Shown here: in pieces, positions 44,595 to 53,193 of the stretch
How positions within the stretch are numbered: position 1 is the first letter of the stretch
How the letters are laid out: each line of letters starts with the position of its first letter
Source: Myxococcales bacterium
Lineage (GTDB): Bacteria > Myxococcota_A > UBA9042
Length of the DNA stretch: 57,630 bases
Reading direction: 5' to 3'
Assembly: GCA_037441385.1 (NCBI GenBank)
Contig: JBBISH010000027.1
Coordinates: 1 to 57,630 of the forward strand
The notes under the pieces: generated by a model
The model's database searches: none
What the model was told of the DNA's origin: nothing
Seen by the model: only the letters and a program-made list of their open reading frames with translations
Position numbers and translations under genes: made by a program

Positions 44595-44651
44595 CCTGAG
44601 CCGGCACCAGAGCCGGAACCCGAGCCTGAGCCTGAGCCGAACCCCGACCCC
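44595..44651. repeat. Degenerate hexamer tandem repeat (CCNGAR-like)
   Basis: cctgag ccggca ccagag ccggaa cccgag cctgag cctgag ccgaac cccgac, in an intergenic region. Confidence 0.6.
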
Positions 44652-44749
44652 AAAGGTGTCAAGTGTCAATACCTGACACCAAGCTTGACCCCAGCTTGAC
44701 CGCACCGCCCAGCGCCCTACCTTCCCTTGCGGACTCCAGCGAGGTACCC

Positions 44750-45721
44750 ATGCAGGCCTATCTTTTTGACCACTACGGCGGCCCCGAGCAGATGCACCTG
44801 GGCGAGCTCCCCGACCCCGTGCCCGGCAAGGGCGAAGTGCTGGTGCGGGTGCGCGCCTCGTCCGTCAACCCAGTGGACTGGAAGATCCGCGCCGGCCAGC
44901 TGCGCCTGCTGTCCGGCCGCACGTTTCCGCGCGCCCTGGGTACCGAATTCGCGGGCGACGTGGCCGCTTTGGGGCCCGGCGTCGGCGGCTGGAAGGTGGG
45001 CGACCCGGTCTACGGCATGTCGGTCACGGCCCTGGGTCGCAACGGCGCCCACGCCGAACTGGTGGCCGTGCCGGCAAGCGCGCTGCGACGCAAGCCGGAC
45101 AGTTTGCCCTACGAGCAAGCGGCGACCATTCCCGTGGCCGCCCTGACTGCTCTGCACGGGCTGCGGCTAGCAGGCGACCTGCGCGGCAAGTCGGTCTTGG
45201 TCAACGGCGCGACCGGCGGGGTTGGGCACTTCGCGGTGCAAATCGCCAAGCACCGGGGCGCGACGGTCACAGCGGTGTGCAGCGCCAAGAACGCCCATCA
45301 CGCCCAAGCACTGGGCCCGGACCGCGTGCTTGACTACCGTACCCAGGATTTCGCCGAATTACCCGACCGCTTCGACGTGATCTACGACGCCTTTGGCGCC
45401 AAAGGGTTCGTTCATGCCCGGCGCGCCCTGGGCGCCCGTGGGGTGTACGTGACCCCGTTGGGCATGCCGGCCGTCATTCTGCGGTCGCTCTGGCAGAATC
45501 TGCTGGGCGGGCAGAAGATCTTCATCGGCAATGTCCGCACCAAGCCCCAAGATTACGCGGAGATCGAGGCCATGTTGGCGAGTGGCGCGGTGCGGCCCTT
45601 GATCGACCGGGTTCTGCCCTTGGCCCAGGCCGGCGAGGCCTTTGCCGCGAGCGAGGGCGGTGGAGTTGCCGGAAAGGTGGTCATTTCGGTGCCGGGGCCC
45701 GCCACGGCGCCAGCGGCGTAG
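44750..45721 (+). CDS. NAD(P)-dependent oxidoreductase, MDR/quinone-reductase family
   Basis: GAGG RBS; VNPVDWK, GxEFAG, NGATGGVGHFAVQ and GKVV motifs. Confidence 0.9.
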   Translation: MQAYLFDHYGGPEQMHLGELPDPVPGKGEVLVRVRASSVNPVDWKIRAGQLRLLSGRTFPRALGTEFAGDVAALGPGVGGWKVGDPVYGMSVTALGRNGAHAELVAVPASALRRKPDSLPYEQAATIPVAALTALHGLRLAGDLRGKSVLVNGATGGVGHFAVQIAKHRGATVTAVCSAKNAHHAQALGPDRVLDYRTQDFAELPDRFDVIYDAFGAKGFVHARRALGARGVYVTPLGMPAVILRSLWQNLLGGQKIFIGNVRTKPQDYAEIEAMLASGAVRPLIDRVLPLAQAGEAFAASEGGGVAGKVVISVPGPATAPAA

Positions 45722-45804
45722 GCAAGGCGGTCGCGGCAGCGTACGGCGTGGCGAAGTGGGTCAAGCCGTCACACCCTCCACGTGGCCGCGGGAGAGAAAC
45801 TGTC

Positions 45805-46467
45805 ATGAATGTCATCGTATTCGGCGCCACCGGCATGGTCGGAGCCGGCACCCTGCGCCAAGCTCTGGCTGCGCCCGAAGTGGAGTCCGTGCTCAGCATC
45901 AGCCGCCAAAGTTGCGGGGTGAGCCACCCCAAGCTCCGCGAACTGCTTCTGGCCGATCTGTTCGAATTCAGCGCGGTCGAAGGCCAACTGGTCAGCTACG
46001 ACGCCTGTCTGTGGGCCGTCGGCGTCAGTTCGGTGGGTCTGGACGAGGCCGGCTACGCGCGCATCACCGAAGACCTGACCTTGCGCTGGGCAGGGGCGCT
46101 GTTGCGCCTCAACCCTTCCATGTCGTTCTGCTATTGCTCGGCGGCCGGCGCGGGTGGTCCCGGCATGTGGCCGCGCGTGCGGCGGCGGGTCGAAGCGGCC
46201 CTGCAAGCGATGCCGTTCCGCCACGTGGGCGCCGTCCGTCCCGCATTCATCCGGCCCGGGCCGGGGATCCGCAGCCGCACACCGGCCTACCAATGGGGGC
46301 TGGTGGTCCTGCGGCCTCTGTTCGTGTTCGTGCCGCTACTCGTGCGGCTTTTCCCAGGGATGTTCACCACGTCCGAGGTCTTGGGGCGAGCGATGCTGCG
46401 GGTGACCCAGGGCAAGGCCCCGGGTTTCATCTTGGAATCGGCGGCGATCAACCAGGTGGGAGAGTAA
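45805..46467 (+). CDS. NAD(P)H-binding Rossmann protein (atypical SDR/epimerase)
   Basis: IVFGATGMVG, YDACxWxxGVSS and RPAFI motifs. Confidence 0.85.
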   Translation: MNVIVFGATGMVGAGTLRQALAAPEVESVLSISRQSCGVSHPKLRELLLADLFEFSAVEGQLVSYDACLWAVGVSSVGLDEAGYARITEDLTLRWAGALLRLNPSMSFCYCSAAGAGGPGMWPRVRRRVEAALQAMPFRHVGAVRPAFIRPGPGIRSRTPAYQWGLVVLRPLFVFVPLLVRLFPGMFTTSEVLGRAMLRVTQGKAPGFILESAAINQVGE

Positions 46468-46732
46468 CGGCGGCCGAAGCACGGGCCAAAGAGATCCGCT
46501 GCGCCACTGTCTCGATTTCGGATCGGCCCTCGACCGGCAGGACCGGAAGACTGGTAACCCCATGGAATGCATCACACAGCGCACCGGCCATCGCGCCCAG
46601 TGTGTCCACATCGCCCCCGCAACTCCGCACACACGCGAGTAGATCCACAAAGGGCCGCGACAGGTGACGCAAGCCCAGATAGATCGCGGTCATCACGCTC
46701 ACGGCAAGACAGACCCAGCCAAGGGCGAGCAC
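46448..46732 (-). pseudogene. C-terminal fragment of an ADP-ribosylglycohydrolase (DraG/ARH family)
   Basis: GGDVDTLGAMAGALxxAxxG matches the ARH C-terminal GGDxDT motif. Only ~94 codons; no N-terminal portion is visible. Confidence 0.6.
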
Positions 46733-46772
46733 CCCTGGTTGGTATCACGCTTAGCCCGTGGTTCCCTCGGCT

Positions 46773-46788
46773 TTGACGGCAAATTGAC
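46773..46788 (+). promoter_or_regulatory. Putative KdpE/OmpR-family binding site
   Basis: TTGAC-N6-TTGAC direct repeat with 11-bp period; the same motif occurs upstream of kdpF. Confidence 0.55.
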
Positions 46789-46917
46789 GCTCCACACCGG
46801 CGTCCTTGCAGCAACTTGATCCCAACTTGGATTTACTGCGCGCTACCCCGCCCAAGTCGCCGGCACGCTCGCCGGTGGGCCGGTGGGCGAGTTCTCTGCC
46901 ACTCACGGGAGGTTGGT

Positions 46918-48276
46918 ATGGTTGGCACGCGCATCGCCCTCACATCGGTCACGGCCATGATTCTCACAAGCTTTTTTTGCGGTCGGGCCCACGCCACCGC
47001 CCTGGCCGAGGCCGCGACCCCGGCGGCAGAACCCTTTGCGTTTGCCGATTTTTCGTGGGTGCCGGGCAACGGCGGCTCGAGCCAGCACCCGCTGGGCAAC
47101 GACATGGTCACTGGCGAGCTGCGCGTCGATGTGCCCTATCACCTTAGCCTTTCGCGGCCGGCCGACCACACCATCGGCGGTTCGAGCGAGGTGTTTCGCA
47201 GCGGCGAGTTCCAGCTCACCCAGCTCGGCATCGGCGGCGAGCTTCACTACAAGAACGTACAAGCCCGCCTGATGACGCAGTTTGGCATGTACTCGACCAC
47301 CACACCGCGCAACGACGCCAGCCCGGCCCGCGGCCAGTGGCAGCTCGACAACGCCTATCGCTACATCTCCGAGGCCTACGGTGGCTACCACTTCGACGTG
47401 ATGAACGGCATCAACGTCCAGGCCGGCATCTTCATGTCGTACGTGGGCCTGTGGAGCTACTACAACGCCGACAATTGGACCTACCAGCCCAGCTACGTGT
47501 CATCGAATACGCCCTGGTTCTTCAACGGTATGCGCGTCCAGGTGTTCCCGACCGACCGCTTCAAGGCCGAGCTCTGGCTGGTCAACGGTTGGCAGGCCTA
47601 CGGCATGTTCAACGAGCAGCCGGGCGTGGGTCTGCAGCTGCTGTGGCGGCCCAACGGCGCGATCTCGGTGCTCGGCAACCAATATTACGGCGCCGCCACC
47701 CTGGGTTTGCCCGGCCGCGTGCGCATGCACACCGACGACAGCGTGATGGTCAAGTACCACGACGCCCCCGGCAGCCTCATCAGCCGCGCGGCGGCGTCGC
47801 TCACCTTCGATGCCGGCTGCGAATCGGGCGGCGGCGTCACCTGTGGCGAGCAGTACTTCGTCGGGTTCATGGCCTACAACCGCCTGTGGTTCATGGATAA
47901 TCACGCGGGTCTCACCATCGGCGGCGGCGCGATCAAGAACCCGGGCCGCTACCTGGTGCTGATGCCGCCCATCAACGGCGCGACGGCGTTCTCGGGCACC
48001 CCGTACTTCACCTACAACCCAGGCGACCCGTTCGTTGCCTGGGACGGCCAGGTGACGGCCGATTGGATGCCCTCGGAATTTCTCACCTTTCGCGCCGAGT
48101 TCAACCACCGCTGGGCCAGCGTGCGGTATTTCGCCGGCGCAGGCGGCATGACCCCACCGGGCGGCAACGTCGGGACGCCGGGCTCGCAGGTCACCCTCGC
48201 CAACGGCACGGTCTGGAAGCCCGACCTGGTGCAGGCCGAGAACCGCATCACGGTGGCCCTGCTGCTCAAGCTGTAG
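46918..48276 (+). CDS. Outer-membrane beta-barrel protein (putative porin, BBP2/DUF1597-like)
   Basis: GGAGG RBS, signal peptide, aromatic-rich amphipathic strands and a terminal beta-strand (ITVALLLKL). Confidence 0.75.
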   Translation: MVGTRIALTSVTAMILTSFFCGRAHATALAEAATPAAEPFAFADFSWVPGNGGSSQHPLGNDMVTGELRVDVPYHLSLSRPADHTIGGSSEVFRSGEFQLTQLGIGGELHYKNVQARLMTQFGMYSTTTPRNDASPARGQWQLDNAYRYISEAYGGYHFDVMNGINVQAGIFMSYVGLWSYYNADNWTYQPSYVSSNTPWFFNGMRVQVFPTDRFKAELWLVNGWQAYGMFNEQPGVGLQLLWRPNGAISVLGNQYYGAATLGLPGRVRMHTDDSVMVKYHDAPGSLISRAAASLTFDAGCESGGGVTCGEQYFVGFMAYNRLWFMDNHAGLTIGGGAIKNPGRYLVLMPPINGATAFSGTPYFTYNPGDPFVAWDGQVTADWMPSEFLTFRAEFNHRWASVRYFAGAGGMTPPGGNVGTPGSQVTLANGTVWKPDLVQAENRITVALLLKL

Positions 48277-48291
48277 CGGCCGGTGTGCGAA

Positions 48292-48356
48292 TTGACGCGG
48301 CCTTTACGCGAGGGCCCCGCGCTTTGACAGCACCTTGACCTCGCCTGCCATAGGCT
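48292..48356 (+). promoter_or_regulatory. Putative KdpE boxes and -10 of the kdpFABC promoter
   Basis: TTGAC-N6-TTTAC (48292-48307) and TTGAC-N6-TTGAC (48324-48339), with TAGGCT at 48351. Confidence 0.6.
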
Positions 48357-48640
48357 GCCAGCGCTGGCACCGCGTGTGCCGCGAGGTAAGGACGTGGTGG
48401 TAACCCAAGTGCCCGCGCTGACGATGACGCAGGTAGCAGGGCTGATTGTGCTGTTGCTGGGTCCGGCGCTGGTGCAGTCGGCTGTGCGCGGGCTGAGCCA
48501 GGCTTGGACGCGTTGGACAAGGCGTGGCACCCCAGTGAGTCGCATGGGGATCATGGCCGCGCCCAGGTCTGTGGCACGGGGTCGCAACGACGATCCAGGC
48601 GTGCCCTAGCGACGCGGCGGCGGTCGCCGCAGAGGGAACA

Positions 48641-48733
48641 ATGGACTGGTACTACGCGCTCGCAGGCGCCGTTGCGCTCGGGCTGTTCATCTACTTGCTG
48701 GTAGCGCTGGTGGCGCCGCAGAGGCTGTCATGA
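48641..48733 (+). CDS. kdpF: K+-transporting ATPase subunit F (30 aa, not in the ORF track)
   Basis: [30 protein letters not shown] contains the KdpF YLxxALxxP signature. GAGGGA RBS; ATGA overlap with kdpA. Confidence 0.9.
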   Translation: MDWYYALAGAVALGLFIYLLVALVAPQRLS

Positions 48734-50460
48734 CTTCGGGATTTACCCTGCAACTTGGGCTACTGGTGGCGCTGTGTGCGCTGACCGCCCGGCCCCTGGG
48801 CCACTACCTGGTGCGCGTCTATGCCGGCGAGGCGACGGGGATGCAGCGGCTGCTCGGCCCCCTTGAGCGCGCCATCTACCGCACTGGACGCATCGACCCG
48901 CAGCGCGACATGAGCTGGGGGCAGTATGCTTGGGCGTTCGCGGTGTTCCACCTGGGCGGGATTGCCCTCGCCTGGGTGCTGCTGCAGTTGCAGCCGTGGC
49001 TGCCGTTCAACGCGGCGCACCTGCCGGCGCAGAGCTGGCATCTGGCGCTGAACACCGCGGTTTCGTTCGTAACGAACACCAACTGGCAAAGCTATGCGGG
49101 CGAGCTGTCGCTGTCGAATGCCGAGCAGCTGGTGGCGCTCACGCCGCAGAATTTCCTTTCGCCCGCCGCAGGTTTGGCGCTGGCCGTGGCCTTGGCGCGC
49201 GGTCTTGGGCGCAGCGAGGTGCGCGGGCTAGGCAATTTCTGGGCCGATCTCGTCCGCGGCACGCTGTACGTGATGCTGCCGCTCAGCCTGGTGCTGGCGC
49301 TGGTGCTGGTCAGCCAGGGCGTGGTGCAGACGCTGGCGCCGCAGGTGACGGTGCCGCTGCTCCAAGCCACCAGCGACGGCCAGGGTCACGCCATCGCCAG
49401 CCAAGTGGTGCCGCTGGGGCCGGTGGCCAGCCAGGTGGCAATCCGCCAACTCGGCACCAACGGCGGCGGCTTTTTCAACGCCAACTCGGCGCACCCATTC
49501 GAGAATCCTACGGCGCTGTCGAACTTGCTGCAGATGTGGGCCATGGTCATCGTGTCGATCGCCCTGTGCTTTGCCTATGGCAAGTGGGTGGGGCAGCCGC
49601 GGCAAGGTCGAGTGCTGCTGGCGGTGATGGTCGCGCTGTTCGCGCTGGCGCTGGCGGGGCTGGTCGCTGCCGAATCGACCAACAACCCGCTGCTCGCCGG
49701 CCTGGGTAGCAATTCGGCGGGTTTTTTCGAGGGCAAAGAGAGCCGCTTTGGTCCTGGCGCGTCGGCGCTGTGGGCCACCATCACCACGGCGACCTCGACA
49801 GGCGCCGTCAACGCCATGCACGACTCGCTGAGCCCGCTTGGCGGCATGGTGGCGATGACGCTGATGCAACTGGGCGAGGTGGTGTTTGGCGGCGTGGGGT
49901 CGGGCCTGGCCGGCATGGTGGTGTTCGCGGTGGTCGCGGTGTTCATGGCCGGGCTGATGGTCGGACGAACTCCTGAATATCTGGCCAAGAAGATCGAGGT
50001 CCGCGACATGCAGTGGGCCACCCTGGCGGTGGTGCTGCCGTCGCTGGCGGTGCTGGCCGGCACGGGCGTGTTCGTGATGGCCGACGTGGGGCGCGCCGGG
50101 ATGCTCGAACAGGGCCCCCACGGCCTGTCCGAGGTGCTCTACGCGTTCAGCTCGGCCGCCAACAACAACGGCAGCGCTTTTGCCGGGCTGACGGTTGACA
50201 ATCCGCCGCTGAACCTCGCGCTGGCCGCGGCGATGCTGGTCGGCCGTCTGGGCGTGGGCGTGGCGGTGCTGGCGCTGGCCGGTTCGCTGGTAGCCAAGCC
50301 CAAGGTCGCGGTCACGGCCGGCACCTTGCCCACCCACGGGCCGCTGTTTGCGGCGCTCCTGCTGGCGGTGGTGGTGCTGGTCGGCGCACTGACCTTCTTG
50401 CCCGTATTGGCCTTGGGGCCGCTGGCCGAGCAGTTGGCGCCCCTGGGAGGTGCATTGTGA
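48730..50460 (+). CDS. kdpA: K+-transporting ATPase subunit A
   Basis: [37 protein letters not shown] and NNNGSAF motifs. Confidence 0.97.
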   Translation: MTSGFTLQLGLLVALCALTARPLGHYLVRVYAGEATGMQRLLGPLERAIYRTGRIDPQRDMSWGQYAWAFAVFHLGGIALAWVLLQLQPWLPFNAAHLPAQSWHLALNTAVSFVTNTNWQSYAGELSLSNAEQLVALTPQNFLSPAAGLALAVALARGLGRSEVRGLGNFWADLVRGTLYVMLPLSLVLALVLVSQGVVQTLAPQVTVPLLQATSDGQGHAIASQVVPLGPVASQVAIRQLGTNGGGFFNANSAHPFENPTALSNLLQMWAMVIVSIALCFAYGKWVGQPRQGRVLLAVMVALFALALAGLVAAESTNNPLLAGLGSNSAGFFEGKESRFGPGASALWATITTATSTGAVNAMHDSLSPLGGMVAMTLMQLGEVVFGGVGSGLAGMVVFAVVAVFMAGLMVGRTPEYLAKKIEVRDMQWATLAVVLPSLAVLAGTGVFVMADVGRAGMLEQGPHGLSEVLYAFSSAANNNGSAFAGLTVDNPPLNLALAAAMLVGRLGVGVAVLALAGSLVAKPKVAVTAGTLPTHGPLFAALLLAVVVLVGALTFLPVLALGPLAEQLAPLGGAL

Positions 50461-52535
50461 TGGAATTTAGGCGCAAATCGGTCGCCAGCAAGCGTCCGCC
50501 CGTACAGCTGCGCGCCGCGGCGTGGCAGGCCGTGGTCAAGCTGGCGCCCCGGCATATGCTGCGCAACCCCGTGATGTTCGTGGTGTGGGTGGGCGCGGCG
50601 CTGACGACGCTGCTGGGTGGGGCGGCGCTCCTGGGCGGTCCGGCCGACGCGGCCCCGGCCTTTGTGTGGCACATCGCCGCGTGGCTGTGGTTCACCGCCT
50701 ATTTTGGCAATCTGGCCGAGGCGGTGGCCGAAGGGCGAGGTAAAGCCCAGGCTTCGGCGCTGCGGGCCACCCGCACCACCGTGCCGGCCAAGGTACTCGC
50801 CGAGCCGAGCCGCGAGGCCAAGCAGACGATCCTCGACTCGTCGCGCCTGCACACCGGCGACCTGGTGCTAGTCGAGGCGGGCGACATCCTGCCGAGCGAC
50901 GGCGAGATCCTGCATGGTTGCGCCACAATCGACGAGAGCGCCATCACGGGCGAGAGCGCGCCGGTGGTACGCGAGTCGGGTGGCGACCGCAGCGCCGTCA
51001 CGGGCGGTACCCGGCTGCTGTCGGACTGGCTGGTGGTGCGCGTGACCGCCGAGCCTGGCCACACCTTCTTGGACCGAATGATCGCCTTGGTCGAGGGGGC
51101 GCAACGCGGCAAAACGCCGAACGAAGTTGCGCTCGACGTGCTGCTGGCCGGCCTGACCCTTATCCTCTTGGCGGCGGTGGCGGCGCTGCTGCCGGCGTCG
51201 CTGTACTCGGTGGCCGCGACCAGGCAAGGCGCGCCGGTGGCCCTGACGGTGCTGGTGGCGCTGCTGGTGTGCCTCATCCCCACGACGATTGGCGGCTTGC
51301 TGTCGGCGATTGGTGTGGCCGGCATGGACCGAATGCTGCAGGCCAACGTACTGGCTACCTCGGGCCGCGCGGTCGAGGCGGCGGGCGACGTCGACGTGCT
51401 GCTGCTGGACAAGACCGGCACCATCACCTTTGGCAGCCGCCAGGCCACCGAAGGCCTCGCCTCGCCCGGCGTTCGCCCCGACGAACTGGCCGAGGTCGCG
51501 CGATTGGCCTCGCTCACGGATCCGACGCCCGAGGGCCAGAGCATCGTGACCTGGGCCGAGCGGAGCTGCGCGCTGCCGCCGCTGGGGCGCCTCGACGGCG
51601 CCACCGACGTGCCGTTCACCGCGCAAACCCGCATGAGCGGGGTCGATTGGGCCGGGCGGCAGATCCGCAAAGGCGCCGTCGACGCCGTCGAGGCCCACAT
51701 CGCCGGCCTGGGCGGTCACCTGGCCGACGACGACCGCGCGGCCGCAGAGCGCATCGCTCGGAGCGGGGCGACGCCTCTGGTGGTGTGCGATGGCAACCGT
51801 GTCCTTGGGGTGATTCGTCTCAAAGACGTGGTCAAGCCCGGGATTCGCGAGCGCTTTGCCCAGCTGCGGCAGATGGGCATCCGCACCGTGATGGTCACCG
51901 GCGACAACCCTCTGACCGCCGCCGCGATTGCCGCCGAGGCCGGGGTCGACGACTTCATCGCCCAGGCGACGCCCGAGGTCAAGCTGGCGCGAATCCGCGA
52001 ACTGCGCGCCCAGGGCCATGTGGTCGCCATGACCGGCGATGGCACCAACGATGCCCCGGCGCTGGCCCAAGCCGACGTGGCCGTGGCGATGAACAGCGGC
52101 ACCCAGGCGGCCAAGGAGGCCGGCAACCTGTTGGATCTCGACAGCAATCCGACCAAGCTTGTCGACATCGTCCACATCGGCAAGCAGTTGCTGATCACCC
52201 GCGGCTCGCTGACGACCTTTTCGATCGCCAACGATGTGGCCAAGTATTTCGCGATTTTGCCGGCGGCGTTTGCTGGCACGTACCCGCAGTTGGGCCTGCT
52301 CGACGTGATGCGCCTGGGCTCGCCCGAGCGGGCGGTGCTGGCGGCGACGATTTTCAACGCGCTGATCTTGGTGGCGCTGATTCCGTTGGCGCTGCGGGGG
52401 GTTCATTACCGTCCCAAGGCCGCGGGACAGCTGCTGCTCGAAAACCTGACGATCTATGGCATCGGCGGCGTGGTGCTGCCGTTTGCCGGAATCAAGCTAG
52501 TCGCGATGGTTCTGGGCGGGTTTGGCATGGCCTGA
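50457..52535 (+). CDS. kdpB: K+-transporting ATPase subunit B (P-type)
   Basis: TGES, CLIPTT, DKTGT, TGDN and [10 protein letters not shown] motifs. Confidence 0.98.
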   Translation: MMEFRRKSVASKRPPVQLRAAAWQAVVKLAPRHMLRNPVMFVVWVGAALTTLLGGAALLGGPADAAPAFVWHIAAWLWFTAYFGNLAEAVAEGRGKAQASALRATRTTVPAKVLAEPSREAKQTILDSSRLHTGDLVLVEAGDILPSDGEILHGCATIDESAITGESAPVVRESGGDRSAVTGGTRLLSDWLVVRVTAEPGHTFLDRMIALVEGAQRGKTPNEVALDVLLAGLTLILLAAVAALLPASLYSVAATRQGAPVALTVLVALLVCLIPTTIGGLLSAIGVAGMDRMLQANVLATSGRAVEAAGDVDVLLLDKTGTITFGSRQATEGLASPGVRPDELAEVARLASLTDPTPEGQSIVTWAERSCALPPLGRLDGATDVPFTAQTRMSGVDWAGRQIRKGAVDAVEAHIAGLGGHLADDDRAAAERIARSGATPLVVCDGNRVLGVIRLKDVVKPGIRERFAQLRQMGIRTVMVTGDNPLTAAAIAAEAGVDDFIAQATPEVKLARIRELRAQGHVVAMTGDGTNDAPALAQADVAVAMNSGTQAAKEAGNLLDLDSNPTKLVDIVHIGKQLLITRGSLTTFSIANDVAKYFAILPAAFAGTYPQLGLLDVMRLGSPERAVLAATIFNALILVALIPLALRGVHYRPKAAGQLLLENLTIYGIGGVVLPFAGIKLVAMVLGGFGMA

Positions 52536-52559
52536 CCGTGGCCGATGCAGGAGGATACG

Positions 52560-53156
52560 ATGCAATCGAACGAGTTTCGTCCCACGCTGGTGGTGCTGGC
52601 TGCAGCCACGTTGCTGACCGGCGTTGCGTATCCGCTGCTCGTGACGGGTGTGGCGCAGCTGGTATTTCCGGCCCAGGCCAATGGCTCGCCCATCATGGCG
52701 GCTGGACAGACCAAGGGCCTGGCGTGGATCGCCCAACCGCTGGTGGGACCTCACTATTTCGTCGGCAGGCCCGGCACCCAGGCGGTAGTACGCGACGGCG
52801 GGTTGCTCGCGGCCAGCGGCGGCAGCAACCTTGGGCCGCGCAACCCACAACTTCGCACAACGGTTGAGCAAAGGCTGAGCGAGTTGCGCAAGCAGTTTCC
52901 CTTGGCGGCGCAGATCTCGCCCCCGCCGCTGTGGCTGGCGACGGCGTCAGCGAGCGGTCTGGATCCGCAGATCCCGCTCGACGCGGCGCTCTGGCAAGTG
53001 CCCGACGTTGCGGCGGCGCGCCACCTGTCTACGGGCGAGGTGCGCGAGCTGGTCATGCAGCACGTGGCGGCGCCTCCCTGGGCGAGCGTAGATGGGCCCG
53101 TGGTCACGGTTTTGCCCCTCGACGTGGCGCTCGATGCGCTGGCCGCCCGCCACTAG
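52560..53156 (+). CDS. kdpC: K+-transporting ATPase subunit C
   Basis: GxxYP...FPxQANGS, SGGSNLGP and TASASGLDP motifs; GGAGG RBS. Confidence 0.95.
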   Translation: MQSNEFRPTLVVLAAATLLTGVAYPLLVTGVAQLVFPAQANGSPIMAAGQTKGLAWIAQPLVGPHYFVGRPGTQAVVRDGGLLAASGGSNLGPRNPQLRTTVEQRLSELRKQFPLAAQISPPPLWLATASASGLDPQIPLDAALWQVPDVAAARHLSTGEVRELVMQHVAAPPWASVDGPVVTVLPLDVALDALAARH

Positions 53157-53193
53157 ACTGCAAGTCGCTGTTCGGACTTACCCAGGTCTGCCC

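Noticed and set aside
48365..48380. Sigma54-like GG-N10-GC motif upstream of kdp (a similar one lies near 57320)
   Set aside because: Weak -12 element; such matches are frequent in high-GC DNA, and KdpE acts with sigma70.
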